From assembly GCA_053919585.1 (NCBI GenBank), contig CM132822.1: a DNA stretch of 64,000 nt, one strand, 5' to 3'. Below the pieces are notes generated by a model. It saw nothing but the letters and a program-made list of their open reading frames with translations. It searched no databases and had not been told where the DNA came from. Below, in pieces: positions 25,991 to 37,238 of this stretch (positions are counted from its first letter, which is position 1; every line of letters starts with the position of its first letter). Origin of the DNA: Euprymna scolopes. Taxonomy: Eukaryota. Made by a program: the position numbers and the translations under genes.

Positions 25991-26788
25991 TCCAAGAATT
26001 CCTGGAGATCATACCCTTCATACAGCGCATCCCTAAAGTGCTTAATATATATATATATATATATGACGTCTTGAGATATAATATATACCTACTCATGTGG
26101 CTTAATCTACCACTTAGAATAAAAATCAATTTAAAGAGTTGTTTATCAGATATTAAAAAAAAAAAAAAAAACGAAAAACAAAAAAAAACTGGGCCACCTT
26201 TAAATTTGGGTAAATCAAACCAAAGGATGTGATTAAACCACATGCAGACATGTGGCAAAGTTCCAGGAAAACACGTTTTGGATAAGTGGTTGTCAATACC
26301 ATGCGGGTGAATACCCAAAGATCCGACTTCCTCAGCATGAATGAAGCAGAACCCACCATGAATTAGGAATTTTAAGCTGAAAATCGTCTAAGACTAAGGG
26401 AACTATCGGAGATGGGGGAAGTGTAGGTGGTTGTCGAACGAGGACAAGTGGACCTGGTCGCACATGAATATCTTCAAAGCTTTCAGCCAACACAGAGGCT
26501 GGCACAACGATATATTGAGGATTGCAGCTTCAGAAGTTGACGAGGTGTTTGAGGCATGGTGTAAAATCTATTATATAAAAGTCACTGTAAGAGTTCCTAA
26601 TAGGAACCGAAACGGCCGAGCATAACTCTTGCGAATTTCAAACGGCCGAGCATAACTCTTGCAAATTTCATATCTGGCAGTGTTCGTAAATGTTTTCTAC
26701 AGAAATTCATCCGATAAGTATCGAAAAAAGAAAAATCCGATCTTAAGAAATATTTTATATTAAAGCAGCCAAGGTAAATAAGTCATTT

Positions 26789-26862
26789 GGAGATATCGCT
26801 CAGGTGGTAAAGCATTCGACAACAGGTCGATTGATGCCCTGTTCAAGTCTGGGTGTACTTCA
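26789..26862 (+). pseudogene. tRNA-like module (pseudo-tRNA or SINE head) followed by TTTTT
   Basis: A-box-like TCGCTCAGGTGG; TCGAC/GTCGA stem; T-arm CCCTG-TTCAAGT-CTGGG; bulged acceptor stem; T5 at 26868-26872. The anticodon loop is non-canonical. Confidence 0.6.
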
Positions 26863-26947
26863 TTTAATTTTTAAATTTCTTAATGAGTTCAATTCATGAT
26901 AAAGAGATACCAGGACCAAACTCAAGAAAACCAACCTGCCTCCTCCC

Positions 26948-28855
26948 TTGAGGCTTGCATTTACTAATATCCGCGGGCTTAGAACTAACTTAGATGATGT
27001 TGAGTCATTTCTCCTTGTAAACACCCCGGATATCTTAGCATTAAGTGAAACTAACCTTCACTCCTCCATACCCTCTAACCACTTTAACATGCCTGGTTAT
27101 CTCCCACTCTACCGTAAGGACTCGGACAGACATATGCATGGACTTGGAGTCTATATTCGAAACACCCTCCCCCTAACTAGAGAAATAAAACTAGAATCAG
27201 AGGGCCAGGCCTTTATGTGCTTCAGACTAAATATGCAACACAATATTAGCTACTTATATTTTCTCTACCGCTCTCCCTCAAACCAAGACTGTACCCTAAT
27301 AAACAAAGTCTCAGACAGCATAGATATAGCACTCTCCCTCGATACTAGCGCACAAATACATGTATTTGGTGACTTCAATGTCCACCACAGTAACTGGCTA
27401 GGATTCTCAAATCACACAGACGTAGCTGGTAGCGCCACATATAGCTTCTCTATATCTCATTCCCTATCTCAGATGGTTACATTTCCGACACGTTTCCCAG
27501 ACCAGCACGATCAACATGCCTCACTTCTAGATCTCTTTCTGACAACAGTTCCCAATGACTGTACAACAAATGCCCATAGCCCACTCGGGAATGCTGATCA
27601 CGCTGTGATAATGGTAGAAATCAGCCTAAATTCTCGCCCTAAAACTGAAGACCCACTACTCAAAACAACGAGGTATTACAAAAAGGCTGATTGGGAAGCC
27701 ATCAGGGAGCTCATCAGAGATGCCCCATGGCAAAATATCTTTACTCTTCCAGCGGAACAGTGTGCAAATGAGACAACTGAATGGTTCAAAACTGCTATTG
27801 AAGCACATGTTCCCGCACGGAAATACTATAGCAAGCCCCACTCCCCCCAATGGTTTACTTCTGCTTGTGCAGCTGCCATTTGTCAAAGGCAGCATGCGTT
27901 CCGCAGATTCAACCGACATAAGTCCAGCTCAAATAAACAGAAGTTTATAGAAGCTAGAAATAATTGTAAGAGAGTGATAGACACAGCTAAGTCAGATTAC
28001 TCTGAAACCACCAGAAAGCGCATCGAAGCACAGAAATTAGGAACCCGGGATTTTTGGAAAATCTACAACAGCGTAGTTAATAATGGACAGTCAATTATTC
28101 CCCCACTAACAAACAATCATGAGGTTGCTTGCACGGCAACTGACAAGGCTAATCTGCTTGCCAGTCGGTTTGCCTCAAACTCCACACTGAACTCGGTACA
28201 CCACTCACTCCCTGATTTTCCTCTGCGAACAGACGCCACACTTGACGACTTGAAAATCACCCCTTCTCAGGTACATGCTATTATAAAAAACCTAGACACC
28301 TCTAAAGCATGTGGACCAGATCTCATCCCGGCTGTGCTATTAAAAAAATGCTCTGCCGAGGTTGCTCCAGTTCTGTCCAAACTTTACAATAAATGCCTTA
28401 ACGAATCTTGTTTTCCCGACTGCTGGAAAACCGCCTCTGTGGTACCAGTCTTCAAGAATTCTGGTGAAAGAACTGACCCACTAAATTATCGCCCCATTAG
28501 CCTCCTCCCGCTTTTCGCCAAAATATTTGAGTCCTTAGTTAATAAAGCCCTAGTCCAGCACCTAACAGCTGCTAAACTCTTGACTGACAAACAATATGGA
28601 TTCAGGCAAGCCCGTTCAACAGCAGATATCTTAACTGTAGTTTCTGAACGTATATACCGTTCATTGGATAAAACAGGGGAGGGTAGAGCGGTGGCCCTTG
28701 ATATATCTAAGGCTTTTGACAGGGTATGGCACGATGGTCTTCTAAGGAAAATTAGATCATATGGAATCACTGGAAGAATTCATAACGTAATTAAATCCTT
28801 CTTAAGTAATAGAAAAACCAAAGTTGTCCTCGACGGACGTACATCCAAACAATGA
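26948..28855 (+). CDS. CR1 ORF2 part 1: APE endonuclease and N-terminal RT (no ATG; frame open to the 5' junction)
   Basis: TNIRGL, LSET, GDFNVH, LDLFLT, ADH, GPD, PVFK, NYRPISLL, QYGFR, LDISKAFDRVWH. Confidence 0.92.
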   Translation: MRLAFTNIRGLRTNLDDVESFLLVNTPDILALSETNLHSSIPSNHFNMPGYLPLYRKDSDRHMHGLGVYIRNTLPLTREIKLESEGQAFMCFRLNMQHNISYLYFLYRSPSNQDCTLINKVSDSIDIALSLDTSAQIHVFGDFNVHHSNWLGFSNHTDVAGSATYSFSISHSLSQMVTFPTRFPDQHDQHASLLDLFLTTVPNDCTTNAHSPLGNADHAVIMVEISLNSRPKTEDPLLKTTRYYKKADWEAIRELIRDAPWQNIFTLPAEQCANETTEWFKTAIEAHVPARKYYSKPHSPQWFTSACAAAICQRQHAFRRFNRHKSSSNKQKFIEARNNCKRVIDTAKSDYSETTRKRIEAQKLGTRDFWKIYNSVVNNGQSIIPPLTNNHEVACTATDKANLLASRFASNSTLNSVHHSLPDFPLRTDATLDDLKITPSQVHAIIKNLDTSKACGPDLIPAVLLKKCSAEVAPVLSKLYNKCLNESCFPDCWKTASVVPVFKNSGERTDPLNYRPISLLPLFAKIFESLVNKALVQHLTAAKLLTDKQYGFRQARSTADILTVVSERIYRSLDKTGEGRAVALDISKAFDRVWHDGLLRKIRSYGITGRIHNVIKSFLSNRKTKVVLDGRTSKQ

Positions 28856-29786
28856 CATAAATGCGGGAGTGCCTCAGGGGTCTATCCTTGGACCTCTATT
28901 GTTCCTGATATTCATAAACGACCTCCCTGATAATATTGTTTCGGAGATGGGTATATTTGCCGATGACACCACTCTCTATAACAGATATGAGGGGAAAACA
29001 AATGAACACATATCCAAGAAAATGGCAGAAACACTAGAGGATGACCTCCAATCCGTAGTGGAATGGGGACAAAAATGGTTGGTCTCATTCAATGCTGCTA
29101 AGACTAAGCTTGTTTCCTTCAATAACTACAAGAAACCTTCTCTACCACCAATAGCAATGGCCAAGAACACATTGCCTGAAAGTACTTCTTTTAAACTCCT
29201 CGGCCTAACGTTTACAGGGAATATGAACTGGAATAGATACATTGAGAGCATTGCCAAGGCTGCTGCAAGGAAGGTTGGCTCCCTCTACCGTGCTAGAAAA
29301 CTACTTACGCCTGCCAGTATCCTATACCTCTATAAGGCAACCATTCGCCCATGTATGGAGTACTGTTGTCACATCTGGGCTGGTGCATCTACTGCTTGTC
29401 TCTCGCTCCTGGACAGGGTTCAAAAAAGAGTCGCAAACCTGATAGGTCCTGAACTGTCATCTGGGCTTCAACCTCTGTCCCATCGACGAGATGTTGCATC
29501 CCTCTGCCTGTTCTACAAATACTTTAATGGTGAATGCTCTGACGAACTGCAAACACTTGTACCTCCCCGACGTAACTACCCCCGACAAACCCGACAAGCT
29601 ACTAAGTCTCATCCCTTTACAGTGGAGATCCCTAGGTGCAAGAAAGCCTTTTACTCCAATAGTTTCTTCCCCAGAACTGCGGGTCTTTGGAACTCCCTTC
29701 CGGGATTCTGCTTTCCCAACTGCAATGATATGCAGAAGTTCAAGTGTAATGTTAACAAACATCTTTCTACTCTTCTCCCTTCATAA
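28854..29786 (+). CDS. CR1 ORF2 part 2: RT C-terminal half (continues after a frameshift at ~28853)
   Basis: DINAGVPQGSILGPLLFLIFINDL, FADD, FNAAKT, LLG, IRPCMEYC, SFFPRTAGLWNSLP. Confidence 0.92.
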   Translation, partial: DINAGVPQGSILGPLLFLIFINDLPDNIVSEMGIFADDTTLYNRYEGKTNEHISKKMAETLEDDLQSVVEWGQKWLVSFNAAKTKLVSFNNYKKPSLPPIAMAKNTLPESTSFKLLGLTFTGNMNWNRYIESIAKAAARKVGSLYRARKLLTPASILYLYKATIRPCMEYCCHIWAGASTACLSLLDRVQKRVANLIGPELSSGLQPLSHRRDVASLCLFYKYFNGECSDELQTLVPPRRNYPRQTRQATKSHPFTVEIPRCKKAFYSNSFFPRTAGLWNSLPGFCFPNCNDMQKFKCNVNKHLSTLLPS

Positions 29787-29901
29787 TGACCCCGCTAATT
29801 AATTCCCTAATAGTAGCCCCCTGCTTCAAAGTGGCACTGTGCCTTGTTTGGGGTGAAAATTGAATAAAAAAAAAAAAAAAAAAAAAAAAAAAGAGATACC
29901 A

Positions 29902-30142
29902 TTAAAAATCGCTGCAAATCATTTCCTCGGTTACATATTTTAAAACTGTCCTGAAAGGTCATTTCTGATTAATGTCCAATCATAGTCAAGCCCAAATATT
30001 AACTGGCATGATAGTGTCATCAGGAAATTGACATTTGTGAATTACTCCACCGGGCAAATTATTCCTTTTATCTAATCAATCTGCATAAATTAAAATGTTT
30101 TAAGCGGATTGTACGACGGGGCAACGCCAGGCGGCCAGCTAG
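29902..30142 (+). mobile_element. 3' part of a non-autonomous Helitron-like element interrupted by the CR1 (5' part about 26671-26900)
   Basis: Ends GGGGCAACGCCAGGCGGCCAG-CTAG|T, the same GCAACGCC hairpin plus CTAG terminus as at 37238 and 44350. Confidence 0.55.
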
Positions 30143-30634
30143 TATCTTATAGACTGGCTAAAATTAGCTTGGAAATCGCATCATGACTAACAAGTTCATG
30201 GAAACCATAGACGGTCCACTTTTCTTGGAGTTTCCCGGATTTTGGAAGGAGCAGATTTAATGCTCGTTGCCCGAGGCGCTCTGACTTGTGTACGTTTTCC
30301 CCCGGTCCAGAAGGATCCTCTTATGGAGTTGGCCTATTTTTCCACCATTGTATCACATCCCATCGAGATGGGAAAGAGGTAAATGAAAGACAATTGTAAA
30401 ATACAGAACCTTTCTTTGTATGAACGTTTACAATATATTCTTTTCTACCTAAACCTGTTCTATGCTTATTGTGCCAAGGCTAAGTAATTAAGTAAATGTA
30501 AGTTTAGAGAACAAATGCTAGATTTTACATTTTATGGACGAAATCTGAAGCTGTGAACATGCACAGGAATGATTGCGTATGAAGCTGACAGTGGTGACAA
30601 TTTTTTTTGAGCATCTTTGTTCGAGAGTTCAAAT

Positions 30635-31060
30635 TTTTTTTTTTTTTAACATAGGCATCGCCACTTATCAAGGTCCAGAGACCACTCGAGGATAAGGGTT
30701 AAGAGTGTACAGTAGTCAGTTGGTCAACATAGTAATTGTTAGTAATGGAAATTCGGTAAATTTTATAACTTAAATGGAACGGCTGATCAAGAACTTGTTT
30801 ACGTTAGACTTTAAGACAGATTGTAGTCGGCTGGAAAACAGGAAAACGGAAGAGTTCCACAGGCGTCAAGTTCTAAGAAAGAAGCTTTGTTCATGGAATC
30901 TACGTTTAGGTTTAGGCACAGATAAAGAGTGGGGGGAATTATTGATAGTGTTTACAGCAAGGCGAGTGTTTGTGAAAGTTTGGCAAGGGAGGATCATAGA
31001 TTGAAGCTCAGTCGAGCACTTGCCATGAAAAAGCAGAGACAAACTCGCAATATTGAGGTT
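30635..31060 (-). mobile_element. CR1 3' fragment with poly-A
   Basis: Minus strand: HGKCSTELQSMI...PHSLSVPKPKRRFHEQSFFLRT*RLWNS...KSNVNKFL; T-run on the + strand. Confidence 0.8.
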
Positions 31061-31319
31061 GAAGTGAAAACGAGGCTCGAATTTCAGACCTCATCGCACT
31101 ATTAGCACTCCCTAAATTACTAAATAAAGAAACTGAAGGAAGATTCAGACTGTTCAACTACAGAAAACATTTTATGCCCGTTCATTAGTTGCGAAGTACC
31201 TTCAATTTCTAGACGTCTATCATATGGGCACTCATCGATAGTACACACATTAAAGCGTCTTAATCATAGCAGTAGATCCAGCTTTAATCACAGGTCGTCA
31301 AGAACTGCAGGATCTGAAT

Positions 31320-31830
31320 TTATCAGCTTGGCCATCTGTCATGTTTGATCACTCTTGGAACAAACTTTGCACAAATCTTCCGCATCCACAGTTCCTCACG
31401 GATAATTGACAGCAAATTGCACTTATTGTTTAGATAGAAGTATCATTATCCATGAAATTATTTGGTTAATAATTAAAAGGTGCTAGTAGTAATGAGAGTC
31501 AGAACAGACTTGCTGCCTTCCTTGAAACTCTTATCCCACTCCAAAAACTGATGCTCAATTCATGCAACATGATCCAGAAGCAGTCTGAAGCATTCAATGT
31601 TTCCTAGTTTGAAACAATTTTATTGCATAAGTCATGTTCAGAAGGTTTTTAAAATTCAACCATGACAATCCGGCTTTAGTGTGTATTTCAATTCCTGCTG
31701 CAGCTGTTCATTTAAAATCAAACATTAAAGCTGAAATCAAACATTGGTCATTACAGATGTATAGCAATAACATACTGAATTTTCAAGAGTCTACAATTTT
31801 AACTGCTTGTACGAAAGTCTGAAAACTTAT
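31320..31830 (-). mobile_element. Highly degenerate mariner fragment
   Basis: Minus strand MRKICAKFVPRV matches the mariner WVPR linker motif. Confidence 0.5.
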
Positions 31831-32242
31831 GAGGCACATTATACAAAGGGCAAGCTTCTAATCGTCGCGTTTTCTAATGTGAAAATCGGAAATTCTTTCA
31901 GCCTCCTTGTTTGCAAGTCTGTCAAGATTTATACAACTCACTCTTTGCAAAACCTCCCAAGAGACAATACGTACACAACTGCTGCAAAAACTGGGGGCAA
32001 ACCTATATATGAAGAGGCTACAAGCACGTGATTAATACATTGTGTACTCAAGATAAAAATGACATTTGGGAGTTCAAGAATTTTTTTTTTTTTTTTTTTT
32101 TTAGATTATCACATAGCTAACTGTCAGTGTGGATGCATGTATAGCAACATATGCAAGCGAGAGCCATGTGCAAGGTAACTAAAAAAAAAAAAAAATTAAA
32201 AAAAAACATGGTTAGGAGAGGACAGAAATAGACGTTATACAT

Positions 32243-32500
32243 ATGGTTGGTTTTACGGCATATCAACCCTTTTCAGGTTATTTAATGCCGATTCCAAAGA
32301 TTTTGAAAAATTTTTGGATAGAATATTTGTTGTTTTCATGTCGGTTTCTATTTAACCCATAGTTGGGACCCTAACAGGTACTACCACTCCGGGTCAGAGT
32401 GGACCTGGGAGCAATGGTAATTAAAGGGTGGCTCCACACTCCGCAAAGCCCTCAAGCTGGAGCCTCACCACTGGATATAGTTTAAGGTCATATCCAGGAC
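32243..32500 (-). mobile_element. Short non-autonomous retroposon (family S), 5'-truncated
   Basis: Matches 52315-52650; TSD CGTTATACAT at 32233-32242 and 32501-32510. Confidence 0.8.
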
Positions 32501-35500
32501 CGTTATACATGAGGGATAGACATCCCTAAACATGGCCAGACAAATACGCGTTTGACACGAGTCTTGTTAAGCACATTGGAGTAAGAAAACTAAAAAACCA
32601 GGCATTATGCAAGTAACTGTAAATAAAGGTATTGTTTTGACTAAAACTGAAGCCACATTCTTTCCTTGCGACTAGTGTGCAAGTTCCGAGTGTTGACAAG
32701 ACTGAAGATAATGGCAATTTAGAACAGTAATGAGAATTTTTCTAGCCCGGTAGAGGAATCCTACCTTCTTGCAGTAGACTTGGCAGTACCTTTAATGTGG
32801 CCACTGGATATCCCCAATTGTACCAGCCTTGGCATCATTCTGATAATCTAAAACCATCGAACTTTGGTTTTACTCATTTCTTCCATATATTGCCTTCTAC
32901 TTTGCAGATTGTCGGGTGCTCTTAACGTCTTTTGCATCTACCCAATGCCCATTCAAGGAAGCCGACTCCCCCTCCCCCGTTATGGAGAGGCGTTCGGACA
33001 ATATCAGGAATAAGATGATCTGTAATAGTGTGACGGCAGGTGTCCGGGCAATCAAAACAATGAGAACTCCCGGAATTTAAAGCTACCTTTATCCATGGTG
33101 CCTGGAAGGCATCAATTACGTCAATGGGTTAGACCAAAACCAGCAAAAAGTACAATGAACAAAAGCTGGCGAAAATAAGGTCAATCAATAGCAAATCTGA
33201 CCCAGAGAATTGCCGAAAAATAAACAAAGCTGGCAATAAAAAGGTCAACAGGTAAAAGTGATAAAAAGCAGATAAAAAAGAAGAGGTGACAACTACAGGT
33301 CGACACAGTTCTTCGACCCACCTTCTCCAACCTTCACCGCTCTCCAATGTTAGTTGTCACTTATTTTGAAGTGACAAAGTAAATAAATCTGTATTGAAAA
33401 CAAAGTTTCTCGTATTCATTTTAAGAAATAACTTCGTTTATACAGCCAAGAGAACTTGATCACAGCCCATTCATATAAGTAACACCTCTACTGTCCAGTC
33501 TTATACAATATCTTGGACAGAAAGTTAATCTAACAGTTTTTTGAATTTTTGAAGTGAAGATTGATGGGATGCCTTATTTGGATTATACAGAATCTGTTGA
33601 ACTGCATGGAACTTTGAATAAACCTTTTAATTCACAAGCCATCACCAACTGATAGTTTGGTTTTATGGCATATCACCCCTTTCGAGTTATTTCAATACCA
33701 ACTCCAATTATTTTAGTAATTCTCATGTTGCATCCAGTTATTTCCTGAAAGTTTTTTTTTTTTAAGCTCTTTGTATCTTAATCGCTAGTTTGGTTGTTTT
33801 GTAGTGGATTTTATCGTTTTTGTTCCCCGTCCCGCAGAACAAGAGTTAAACAATGGGCGAGAGAAAAGTATTACAGTATTAATGTTTGGTACATTTTAAG
33901 TCAGGAATGTAATCAGGGAATGGAAGAGATAGAAACAGGGGAACTAGGAAGGAAAAAGGGTGGGAGGGTAAGGCGGGTCTTTGGTTTTGCAGAACACAAG
34001 TTTTGCAAAAGTAGAAAAACAAAGAATCAATGTTAAGTTCATTTCATCTCAAGAGGCCAATATCATAAGACAGCCTGTTCTGGTAGCACCAGTCAAATAC
34101 TGATGCAAGAGGCGTAGACTTAGTCGGATGCGCATGGTTAGGCAGAGTAGGTTCTTTAGGCATTTGAAAATACAAACCAATCACTTTCTGCATTCAAGAG
34201 TTTTTTTAGAAGTCCGAAACATTAAGTATCTTGAACTGCTGCTGTATTTGACTCGCGTTCGCACTTTAGAAATGAAAGTTAGAAACAGGACGAGGAAATC
34301 TATTTCACACTTTAAAATAAGCTGGAAGGAAAACGAAGATTATGACATTAAGAACCTTTTAGAGTTAAAATTAGTGTACCATAGTAATAGTGGTGGGGGT
34401 ATTTTCGTAAAAAAAAAAAAATAAAAATAAAAAAATAAACTCCCTATACAAAACCACATCACACCGTTATGGTAAAATCCTAATTTTCCTAACATAACAC
34501 TTCATGTACGTTTCTCATAATATCCAAGAATTATACCTTACAGTTAAGGTGCTTAGCAGAAAGCAGTGAAATCTGCATACGAAAATCTATGAAAACCTAT
34601 TTGTAATGTGTTCTCAATTATCGTTAACACTTTCATAAAACCGTGATTACAAGTACACCTCTTCTTGGATTGCATTTGAATAACTTCATCCATCCAAGAT
34701 GGAGCCAAAATCAGAAATTTTTATATCAAGGCACATGGACCATTGTAAGAATATAGGAAATTCTCAACCGGATATTTATTCGTCGATCGTTACACAAAGT
34801 GTGCAAATTAGTCTCTGCACATCAGTTGCACGCATCCTTCCAGCCAGAAAAAGAAAAATTGTCAAATGAGTCAGGAAGGATGAACACCTAAAGATAGCCA
34901 ATGTGAATATATGAAGCCAGATTGTCACCTTTCTCACGGAACTCTAGAAACAAAACATTTAATCTTAAGACGGTTTGAATATTTGCATTCTGTTCCTTTC
35001 TATTAAATGTATATAGAATATCTGAGCACTTATCTTGTAACAGTTTTAAACACTTCTCACATCTGATTATGAACTGAATCTTTTCTAAACCGACTCATCC
35101 AAAATACTTCAAAACCCCTAAAAGAATCCCAACTTTACTGAAAGGCGAGACATTCATCCGTATTAAAACCCTTTAATTTCTTAACTTGCTCCTATTGCTG
35201 TAATCCATTTTTAAATATGTATAAAATATGTGACTGCATGCCTATGAACTCGTTTTAACATTTAATTTGATTATAATTTTTTTTCTCTACACCGACTCGT
35301 CCCCAAAAATACTTCAAAACCTCTAAAAGAAACCCTCCAAACTAAAATTACCTAAAATGAAGATCCGAAGGTAAAGCCAAAGGACACATGTTTTAAAACA
35401 AATGTAAAATCTAAGAAAACCGGCAGTCTCATACCTACCGACCGAACCTTATAACTAAACAAAAAGATCCATGACTATCACACACAAGGGCAACCAAACA

Positions 35501-35749
35501 AGAAGTGTCAGTTTCTTTTAAAAAAATCCCTACACAACCAACAAAAGTCACCTGCAACTTACTCGATTACTTCACCCGAAGATGAAAGCCACACCCACGT
35601 GACAACCTCACCAAAACAAAGACAAATTTAAAATTTGACAAATATTTCAGAGTTCATCTGAGGAAAATGCAAAAAGAAATTCATAATTCTAAGTTCAATA
35701 TATATAATATATATATATTATATATATAATATATATATGTATATATGAA

Positions 35750-36557
35750 GAGCATAATGTGGTGTCCCACAATTGAAGTAAGGTTGACAACTTTAATAGA
35801 GCTAAGGTATATGGTCCTCCTCGTTGCCCCATTTATCTCCAGCTTCCGTGGTTAGGCTCTTCCATCCAACCTTTAGCAGACAAAATATCGTCTTCAGTAA
35901 CACTGTTTTAATGCTGCTAATTTGCGCATCATTTATTCCACTCGTCCTGCTTTCCCTTCCTTTCCTAAGGACGCCTTGCCTTCCAATGAACAAAGTTCGG
36001 TTATTTACCTTTACCAATGTCAGTGCGACGCTGACTATGTTGGCAAGACGATACAGCGATTATCGGTCAGAGTGGCTCAGCATGTTCCTGGCTGTATCCG
36101 TAGACACGAACCGGTCCCGTCTTCTAGAAGTTCACAGGCGCAAGAGTCTGCTATAGGTGACCACTTGTTGGACAAGAGAACGTGTCGTGATCTCTACTCT
36201 GATAACAGTTTTTCCATAGAGCACGACATCGTTTCCACCTCGACTTACTAGAGGCTATTATCAATTCTCGACGTCCCTCTCTCTGCAGACAAAGGTAGTT
36301 AAAACATTCACTGCAGTTATTTAATGACTCTTGGTCGTCCATGAACTAATTTTTTTTCTTCCGACCACTTTACAATTACAGTATTTTATTTACCAATTCA
36401 TGGTTTTGAGTAATTAACCAATTTACCGACGATTCCCCCGAAGAGAGTCGGTTGAAAACCGCTTCGGGAATATCAAATCTGTTTTTTCCCCTTTTTATTT
36501 TTTTTGCTCTGGTATCTTTCGACACATCGCATAACATTTTTCCCCATATCATCCGTT

Positions 36558-36560
<3 letters not shown>
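35750..36560 (+). mobile_element. Penelope-like element 3' fragment (GIY-YIG endonuclease and pLTR remnant)
   Basis: SSVIYLYQCQCDADYVGKTIQRLSVRVAQH...SAIGDHL...LLEAIII.SRRPSLCRQ; flanked by (TA)n. Confidence 0.9.
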
Positions 36561-36595
<35 letters not shown>

Positions 36596-36597
<2 letters not shown>

Positions 36598-37238
36598 TAT
36601 ATAAATTAAATGAACTCATTTTTCCCCCCGTCTGATTTTGACCTTAATAGGATTAAAAATCAAGATATTTCATGCTAATATGCACAAACGGCAGAACAAT
36701 ATCTGAGGTGTGTTATAGGTTTATTATTTCTCAAATTCCTCGATAATCTTAGATTTCTATACTTTCTGCAGAGAAGTCACGGCCAGAATCGGTTAAGATC
36801 AATGGAAGTGGTAAAATATTTTCTCTAATAAATTCCTCCCCCCCCCCTGCCACCACTTAACACCGTTTGGGGATCGTTCACAAGGAACAGTTGAGAAGAG
36901 AACACCGGTTTGGCTTCGTAGTTCTTTCATGTGAAGTTATTTAAAATCACTAACTAAGCTGCAGTGCTCTGTGGCGTAGTGGTTAGCGTGCTGGACAATT
37001 CACATCATATTTTCACGTTCGCGCCGACATACCGTAGTTTTTTTTTTCCTAAACAACTGGAATGGACTTTTCTTGGTGGCCGAACTGTTAACGTTGCAAA
37101 TTTTTTTTTTTTTCACTTTATTTTCCTACTTTTACTCATGACTCCGGGTTTGATCCTTCCTACTTACCTACCATAACATTTTTTACCCCCCCCCGTCTCG
37201 GAAACAAACACTCGAGCAACGCCGGGTACCCCCGCTAG
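36596..37238 (+). mobile_element. Non-autonomous Helitron (about 640 bp)
   Basis: 5' TCTATATAAAT; 3' CTCGAGCAACGCCGGGTACCCCCG-CTAG|T; no TSD; sits within AT microsatellite. Confidence 0.75.
36966..37037 (+). pseudogene. Degenerate tRNA-like module inside the Helitron
   Basis: A box TGGCGTAGTGG followed by TTAGCG; B-box-like GTTCGCGCC; followed by a T-run. Confidence 0.5.

Larger units (their letters stand above)
1..26670 (+). repeat. Degenerate tandem segmental array of about 4 mosaic units (starts near <=1, 6586, 14808, 21284)
   Basis: 'actgattgataatt..ccaaaaatcc' recurs at 1, 6586, ~14808 and ~21284. Paired ORFs: 451/7040, 1097/7685, 1104/7692, 4507/12666. Module order is conserved, with unit-specific deletions and internal duplications. 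Confidence 0.92.
26913..29889 (+). mobile_element. Young CR1-clade LINE (APE endonuclease + RT), slightly 5'-truncated, one frameshift
   Basis: 12-bp TSD AAAGAGATACCA at 26901-26912 and 29890-29901; AATAAA plus poly-A tail; ORF2 motifs intact. Confidence 0.95.

Noticed and set aside
1-26670. CRISPR-like array of recurring 'gatggagatggaccaattaaagctgtttag' motifs
   Set aside because: Spacing is irregular, the intervening sequences are themselves repeated, and the motif is UGP coding sequence. No cas genes are present.
26789-26862. Functional tRNA gene
   Set aside because: Bulged acceptor stem, mismatches in the D and T stems, and no U33 in the anticodon loop.
26789-26912. tRNA-like sequence as the 5' promoter head of the CR1 LINE
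   Set aside because: The TSD places the LINE start at 26913, so the tRNA-like module belongs to the target site, and it is followed by its own T5.
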